From: an uncultured Gammaproteobacteria bacterium
GTDB taxonomy: Bacteria > Patescibacteriota > Microgenomatia > Levybacterales > UBA12049
NCBI GenBank assembly: GCA_964637955.1
Contig: CAZWXQ010000004.1
Span: 81,296-145,295 of the forward strand
Reading direction: 5' to 3'
Length of the DNA stretch: 64,000 bases
The translations under genes and the position numbers were made by a program. The notes beneath the pieces were generated by a model. It was not told the DNA's origin and did not search any database. It was given only the letters and a program-made list of their open reading frames with translations. How positions within the stretch are numbered: position 1 is the stretch's first letter; each line of letters begins with the position of its first letter. Shown here piece by piece: positions 58,245 to 64,000 of the stretch.

Positions 58245-59999
58245 GTGGTGATCATGGATCAAGCCTCGCAAGTAAGGGAAAAAATTGATATCGTTGCCCT
58301 CATTTCAGAATACATTCCTCTTAAGAAAATGGGTAGGAACTTTAATTCTAATTGTCCTTTTCATAATGAAAACAGTCCTTCGTTTGTGGTTTCTCCGGAA
58401 AGGCAAATCTGGCATTGTTTTGGATGCGGAAAGGGTGGCGATGCATTTTCATTTCTTATGGAATATGAAAATTTGGAATTTATTGAAGCTCTAAGAATTT
58501 TGGGCAAAAAAGCAGGTGTTGAAATAAAAAATACAGGGAGCAGCTTCTCTTCTTCAAAAAAAGAAGCAATATTTTCATTAAATAAATTAGCTTCAGAATA
58601 CTATAACTATGTACTAACAAAGCATAAAGCAGGGGAAAAGGCACTAAAGTATTTGATAGATGAAAGGGGACTTAATGAAAAACTAATTAAAACTTTTAAC
58701 ATTGGTTTTTCTCCAAATGGTGGAGATGGTCTTTCAAGTTATTTAATAAATAAGAAAAAGTATAGATCAACAGACTTAGTCGAGGCAGGATTATCATTTC
58801 AAAAAGGGAGCCGTACAGTAGATTTTTTCAGAGGAAGAATTATGTTTCCATTGATAGATCATAGGAATAACATTGTTGGTTTTTCAGGAAGAAATATCGC
58901 AAGTGATGATTTTGGACCAAAATATATTAATACTAGGGATACGTTGGTATATCACAAGGGAAGTATGTTCTTTGGGCTTGATCTTGCAAAAGATTCGATT
59001 AAAAAAGAAGAGTTTTCGATAGTGGTTGAAGGTGAATTTGATGTAATCTCAGCATTTAAAGAAGGGATTGGAAACGTAGTTGCTCTTAAAGGCACGGCGT
59101 TAACAGAAAATCAAGCTCAGTTGTTGTCTCGTTTTGCCCCAAAAGTTGCGCTTTGTCTTGATCAAGATTCAGCAGGAATAAGTGCTATGAAAAGAAGCTT
59201 ACCGGTTCTAGAAAAAAGAGGACTTCAAATTAGTGTAATTGATCTGAAAGAAAAAGATCCTGATGAGGCAATAAAGAATGATCCGATTGAATTTAAAAAA
59301 ACAGTAAGAGATCAAGTAGAAGTATATGATTTCTTAATAGATAAATTAACATCGGAAAATGATGTTTCGTCTTCGGTAGGTAAAAAAAATATAACTGACG
59401 AAATTTTACCTCTAATTTCTTCAATAAATAATGAAATTATTAAAGAACATTATTTAAAAAAATTAAGTGAGAAGATTGATATTTCATACGATGCAATTCT
59501 TAGGGAAGTAGATAAAAAAGAAGTAGAAGCTGAAGATAAAACATTTATCAAAAAACAAAACCAAAATAGAAGAGAAGTGCTTGAAGAATATTTACTTTCC
59601 TTAGTTCTTCAAAGCACAGATCCTCGTGAATCTATAGTTAAATCAAAAGACATCTTAACTGAATATGCATTTGGAATTCCTTCCATTGGAAAGATTTTTG
59701 CAGAAATAATTTCTGTAATGAATGCTAAGGAGTTTGATATGAAATCAATTGCTAAGAATGTTTCAGCAGAGCTTCTTCCAGTATTTGATAAATGTTATTT
59801 GTCACCTCTTCCAAAATTTGAAAATGCAATAAAATATAATGAAGAAGTAATAAGGGTCTCTAAAGACATAAGAGTTATTTATTTGAAAGAGAGAATTAAA
59901 GAGATAAGTAAAAATCTGAAAATAAAAAATTCTGATGAAGAAATAGAGCGAATGAAAGAAGAGATATCTACTATTACATCTGCCTTGTCTTCCTCTTGA
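58245..59999 (+). CDS. dnaG: DNA primase
   Basis: CHC2 zinc finger CPFHNENSPSF...HCFGCGKGGD, TOPRIM EGEFDV...; upstream of rpoD. Confidence 0.85.
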   Translation: MVIMDQASQVREKIDIVALISEYIPLKKMGRNFNSNCPFHNENSPSFVVSPERQIWHCFGCGKGGDAFSFLMEYENLEFIEALRILGKKAGVEIKNTGSSFSSSKKEAIFSLNKLASEYYNYVLTKHKAGEKALKYLIDERGLNEKLIKTFNIGFSPNGGDGLSSYLINKKKYRSTDLVEAGLSFQKGSRTVDFFRGRIMFPLIDHRNNIVGFSGRNIASDDFGPKYINTRDTLVYHKGSMFFGLDLAKDSIKKEEFSIVVEGEFDVISAFKEGIGNVVALKGTALTENQAQLLSRFAPKVALCLDQDSAGISAMKRSLPVLEKRGLQISVIDLKEKDPDEAIKNDPIEFKKTVRDQVEVYDFLIDKLTSENDVSSSVGKKNITDEILPLISSINNEIIKEHYLKKLSEKIDISYDAILREVDKKEVEAEDKTFIKKQNQNRREVLEEYLLSLVLQSTDPRESIVKSKDILTEYAFGIPSIGKIFAEIISVMNAKEFDMKSIAKNVSAELLPVFDKCYLSPLPKFENAIKYNEEVIRVSKDIRVIYLKERIKEISKNLKIKNSDEEIERMKEEISTITSALSSS

Positions 60000-60016
60000 A
60001 TCTAAAATAGTATCAA

Positions 60017-61132
60017 TTGAGCTCAGAGTATGGTAAAATAAGGTATACTATGAGCAAAACCGACCCCAACATCCTAACAGATATTGTAACCAGTGCAAAA
60101 AAGCGTGGCTATATTACTCAAGAAGAGATTTTATCTATATTTCCTAAGCCGGAAGAGCACATAGAAGAGCTAGATAGCTTGTATGACAAGCTCCTAAAAT
60201 CTGATATTGATGTATTTGAATCTGTTGCTGAGAATCAAGATGGTGAAAAGCCAATTGAAGACCTCGAAAAAGAATTAGAAGCATTAACTGTCTTAACGGA
60301 AGGTACAGTATCTGATCCAGTCAGAATGTATTTAAAGGAAATTGGAAGAATACCGCTTCTTAATTTTGATCAGGAAATTGAACTTGCAAAAAGGGTAGAA
60401 AAAGGGGATGAAGAAGCTAAGAAAATCCTTGTTAATTCAAATTTAAGACTTGTTGTGTCTATTGCTAAGAAATATGTGGGTCGTGGCTTAACTCTTCTTG
60501 ACTTAATCCAGGAGGGAAACCAGGGATTGATCCGCGCAGTAGAGAAATATGACTGGAGGAGAGGATATAAATTTTCAACATATGCCACTTGGTGGATTCG
60601 TCAATCTATAACTCGTGCTATCGCAGACCAGGCTAGAACAATCAGAATTCCGGTTCATATGGTGGAGAATATAAATAGATTTTTAAGAGCTTCTAGAAAG
60701 CTTATGCAGGAATTAGGCCGAGAACCAACTCCCGAAGAGGTGGCAAAAGTATTAGGAATTGATCCTGAGAAAGCTCTTGAAATAATTAAAATTTCACAAG
60801 AACCAGCAAGTCTCGAATCTCCCGTGTCAGATGAAGAAGACTCGCGCTTAGGAGATTTTATTCACGATTCTTCAGCACCAACTCTTTTTGATTCTGCAAG
60901 TAGAGAGCTATTAAAAGAGCAAGTAGACCAAGTTTTATCTACGCTTTCAGATCGTGAAAGAAGAGTGCTTGAGGAGAGGTTTGGGCTTAAAGATGGTAGG
61001 CCAAAGACGCTTGAAGAAGTGGGAAAAATGTTTGCGGTAACTCGTGAAAGAATAAGACAAATTGAAGCAAAATCACTCAGGAAGCTTCGACATCCTTCTC
61101 GAGGGAATAAGCTCAAAGACTACCTAGGTTAA
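60017..61132 (+). CDS. rpoD: RNA polymerase sigma-70 factor RpoD
   Basis: Region 2 [29 protein letters not shown], region 4 [29 protein letters not shown]. Confidence 0.9.
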   Translation: MSSEYGKIRYTMSKTDPNILTDIVTSAKKRGYITQEEILSIFPKPEEHIEELDSLYDKLLKSDIDVFESVAENQDGEKPIEDLEKELEALTVLTEGTVSDPVRMYLKEIGRIPLLNFDQEIELAKRVEKGDEEAKKILVNSNLRLVVSIAKKYVGRGLTLLDLIQEGNQGLIRAVEKYDWRRGYKFSTYATWWIRQSITRAIADQARTIRIPVHMVENINRFLRASRKLMQELGREPTPEEVAKVLGIDPEKALEIIKISQEPASLESPVSDEEDSRLGDFIHDSSAPTLFDSASRELLKEQVDQVLSTLSDRERRVLEERFGLKDGRPKTLEEVGKMFAVTRERIRQIEAKSLRKLRHPSRGNKLKDYLG

Positions 61133-61205
61133 TTATTAGCCTCAAGATAATATTTTTTAGCCTCATTTTATTAATCCAATTGAACGTTAAGTAAAGAGTA
61201 GGGAA

Positions 61206-61213
61206 GGGGGGGG
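61206..61213. repeat. homopolymeric G8 tract
   Basis: gggaaGGGGGGGGcat in rpoD-downstream intergenic region of an AT-rich genome. Confidence 0.8.
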
Positions 61214-61324
61214 CATAATCCTTTTTCAATAATAATTCAAAAGATAGCCCAATAAATCATTTCATGAAAAAAAATACGAATTTTCACAATGTGGATAACT
61301 CACGTCGCACAATAATAAAATAAT

Positions 61325-61333
61325 GGGGGGGGG
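61325..61333. repeat. homopolymeric G9 tract
   Basis: taatGGGGGGGGGattt, 112 bp from the first tract; a perfect DnaA box TGTGGATAA (61290-61298) lies between them. Confidence 0.8.
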
Positions 61334-61569
61334 ATTTGATAAAGTTTAATGAAATTCATGAAATTTAACTCTAATTTATAGAAATTCGGTAATTATTAAT
61401 TTATTTTTATTGATTACTCTATTCTGTTATGTAGATATTTAAAATAATCTAAATAAGAGTGTGTTTTTTTAGAGAAGTTGCATAAATTAGCTTGAGATTG
61501 ATGAATTCTGAGGCTAATATTTCCAATTTTAACCAGTAGATCAAGGCTCTATCTTATTTTTTGCCTAAA

Positions 61570-61716
61570 TTAGCTGCTGGGACTCCATCCGCAAATTGGA
61601 CAATTCGTCAGATTTCCTTTAGATATTTCAGCTGTTTCTTCAGGATTAGCTTCCCATTTACAGTTTCTGCAAATAATTTTATAGCAAATGTCACAATCAA
61701 CAGTTTTTAATTCCAT
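61570..61716 (-). CDS. small Cys4 zinc-ribbon protein (48 aa), not in ORF track
   Basis: MELKTVDCDICYKIICRNCKWEANPEETAEISKGNLTNCPICGWSPSS*; two CxxC pairs; no clear SD. Confidence 0.3.
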   Translation of the reverse strand: MELKTVDCDICYKIICRNCKWEANPEETAEISKGNLTNCPICGWSPSS

Positions 61717-61791
61717 AGCGCATATAGTATATCATTTTTAATTTATTTCTCCCCTTCGTAAATTAGATAATTTATTGTATAGTCTAGATAC

Positions 61792-63360
61792 ATGAGGTTG
61801 AAAAAAGAAGCTGATATATTAAAAAAAATAAAAAATTTTAATTTTCTTATTACTGTTTTAGCATTGCTATTTATAGCGTACTGTCTTTACTTGTCTGCTT
61901 TTCCGGTAATGCGTAGTGATATTGGTTTTAATACCGATTTAGCACGTGACTTTCTCTTGCTGGAAGATATTCAAAAAACACATAAAATTCCTTTAATTGG
62001 CCCAAGATCAGGGGGAATTCCAGGAGTATTTCATGGACCTTTATGGATTTACGTTAACCTTCCTGCATATATATTAGGTGGTCAAAATCCAGTTTCAGTG
62101 GGGTGGTTTTGGATTTTATTAGTAGTTTGTTCAATTGCGATAACATATTTTGTGGGGAGAAAAGTTTTTGGACATGTGGTAGGAATTTTGGCTGCTAGTC
62201 TTGTGGCTGTGAGCTCAATAACTACCTCATTTAGTCTTTTTAATCCTTATGGAGCTGTAATAATTTCCCCCCTATTTATCTACTTTTTCTACAAGTATTT
62301 TACTGACAACAAAGTAATAAATTTAATAATCTCTATTTTCCTATTGGGAATTATTATTCAATTTCAAGTTGCTTTTGGTGCTCCTTTATTAATTCTGGCA
62401 ACAATTATTGTTTCTTATTCGATAATAAAAAAGAGAAAATTTAATCATTTTTTAGCATTTTTAATTTTAGCAGTCCCAATGTCTACGTATGCAGTTTTTG
62501 ATTTGAGGCATAATTTTCTTGAATTAAGATCATTAATAGAATATATATCGGGAAAATCAGGGCACGTAAATGATTTCACATTTTTAAATTTAATTCATAA
62601 TAGATATGACGGCTTTATTAACAGCCTAGTGATCGTTCCCTACCCTTCTAGAATTATTATACTAATTTCGTTATTTATATTTCTGTATATTTTATACAAT
62701 TCAGTTAAGAGTAGAGAAAAATATACAAAATTTATTTTACTATTTACCTATTTTTTTGTAGGATATTGGGCTATCTCATTTATGTTTAAGGGTGTTGTTT
62801 GGAATTATTATTATTGGCCGTTTATGCCAATTTTAGCTATCGTGATTGCTTCAGGATTTAGATTAATAAATAAATATATTTTTACAGTAATTTTTTCAAT
62901 TATTCTATTTTCTTCATTTGTTTATTCAAGTAATTATATGAAATACGTAAGCGAATCATATCTTGGGAGAGACAGTGGGTCATGGCAGTTTAATCTTTCT
63001 CTAGCAAATGCTGTTTTAAGAGATAAGGAAAAAGAATTTAGTTTTTATATTTTTTCCCCTGATCAATTTGGGTATAGTCCAAGATATGCAATGAATTATC
63101 TCATTAATAAAAATCCAAATATAAATGCCAAGCCATATGTAAAATCAAAAATAACTTACTTAATAGTTTCTCCTCCGGGCGGAAAAGGGGGCTCTATTGG
63201 TGGCGAATGGTGGAAAGTTAATAGGGTTAAAATGAATGGCAAGCCAGTAAAAATTATTAATTTTGAAAATGGATTTAAAGTTGAAAAATATATTTTATCT
63301 GAAAGTGAAATGTTAGTTCCTTCAGACCCAAACTTAATTGATTCCCTGATCTTTAGATAA
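61792..63360 (+). CDS. polytopic membrane protein (about 12 TM; glycosyltransferase-39/ArnT-like architecture), hypothetical
   Basis: 522 aa, N-terminal block of TM helices followed by a soluble C-terminal domain. Confidence 0.5.
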   Translation: MRLKKEADILKKIKNFNFLITVLALLFIAYCLYLSAFPVMRSDIGFNTDLARDFLLLEDIQKTHKIPLIGPRSGGIPGVFHGPLWIYVNLPAYILGGQNPVSVGWFWILLVVCSIAITYFVGRKVFGHVVGILAASLVAVSSITTSFSLFNPYGAVIISPLFIYFFYKYFTDNKVINLIISIFLLGIIIQFQVAFGAPLLILATIIVSYSIIKKRKFNHFLAFLILAVPMSTYAVFDLRHNFLELRSLIEYISGKSGHVNDFTFLNLIHNRYDGFINSLVIVPYPSRIIILISLFIFLYILYNSVKSREKYTKFILLFTYFFVGYWAISFMFKGVVWNYYYWPFMPILAIVIASGFRLINKYIFTVIFSIILFSSFVYSSNYMKYVSESYLGRDSGSWQFNLSLANAVLRDKEKEFSFYIFSPDQFGYSPRYAMNYLINKNPNINAKPYVKSKITYLIVSPPGGKGGSIGGEWWKVNRVKMNGKPVKIINFENGFKVEKYILSESEMLVPSDPNLIDSLIFR

Positions 63361-63363
63361 ATT

Positions 63364-63744
63364 TTAAAACTTTTTTTTATTTTTTAAAATTAATATTGAA
63401 ATTGACAATATCGAGAAGATCGATAAGACTATTCCCCATTTAAAACTTGCTGGAAAGTAATAGAAAATTACTTCATTTTTACCTTTTGGAACTATGGCTC
63501 CTCTGAATGTATAGTCTACCCTTAAAATATTTGATTCATTTCCGTTGATTAATAAATTCCACCCAGGATAAAAATTATCGGTTAATATAAGTATTGAATC
63601 TTGATTTGAATTTGTTTCGATAACGACTTTATTATTTGTGTATTTCTTTATAGTAGCAGTGCCACTTGATGAATTATTTTTTTTAAGATTTACTTCATTT
63701 TCTAATATTGCTTTTCTTCTAAGATCAAAATTTTTATCAAGCAT
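63364..63744 (-). CDS. hypothetical protein with C-terminal TM anchor
   Basis: 126-aa ORF; C-terminal WGIVLSIFSILSISILILK helix; further minus-strand coding continues to the window edge. Confidence 0.4.
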   Translation of the reverse strand: MLDKNFDLRRKAILENEVNLKKNNSSSGTATIKKYTNNKVVIETNSNQDSILILTDNFYPGWNLLINGNESNILRVDYTFRGAIVPKGKNEVIFYYFPASFKWGIVLSIFSILSISILILKNKKKF

Positions 63745-64000
63745 TTTATTTATTATTTTTTGTTTTTCATTTTCTAATTCATAATCCCCAACTAGATATG
63801 CCCTGGGAAATACTTGATTGTTTTCAAGTAAAATAAATGCGCTGTCCTCGTAGATTGAATTAAATGTGTTTTTAGGAAATTTATAAAAAGGAAAAATCCA
63901 GGGAGTATTTATGTCACTTTTTTTAATAAGAACATATTTATTGCCAAGGAAATTAAATGCTTTTGGAAAGTATTTAAAACTTGGAGAAAAATCTACGCCA

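Overview
This is a low-GC window whose gene content points to a streamlined bacterium, probably CPR/Patescibacteria. It contains many 'four-helix-bundle / 23S rRNA-IVS' genes, a reduced ValRS, and a CPR-style type IV secretion (T4SS) pilin family. No CRISPR array, integrase or transposase is visible.

**Conserved core**
- ssrA (tmRNA), comFC, and a cluster of five type-II (Ser-type) tRNAs plus a tRNA-Arg.
- The origin region: dnaA-dnaN with DnaA boxes, followed by rpmH-rnpA-yidD-yidC-jag.
- valS, rplY, ruvC-ruvA-ruvB, comM, purB/purA, dnaG-rpoD.

**Accessory island (about 7.7-35.8 kb)**
- Between the tRNA cluster and dnaN lies a roughly 28-kb accessory region encoding a CPR-type T4SS-like apparatus.
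- It carries four paralogous pilin modules. Two have exotic cargo domains: one a poly-Gly linker plus a Cys-rich knot, the other a 300-aa N-terminal ectodomain.
- It also carries a PrgI/VirB3-like protein and a VirB4 ATPase split into two ORFs.
- Several large membrane-anchored hypothetical proteins are present, and several regions look GC-richer by eye.

**Punctuation of the island**
- Five four-helix-bundle genes interrupt the island, two of them degenerate.
- Two BrnT/BrnA toxin-antitoxin cassettes are each bounded by a roughly 140-bp repeat. The repeat begins with the 3' end of a nearby AAA-wHTH regulator gene and contains a hairpin, which suggests cassette-style recombination.

**Assembly caveat**
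Three frameshifts sit in homopolymers, including one in the essential rpmH gene. This suggests homopolymer indel errors in the assembly and should temper pseudogene calls. It also tempers claims about the two nearby poly-G tracts.
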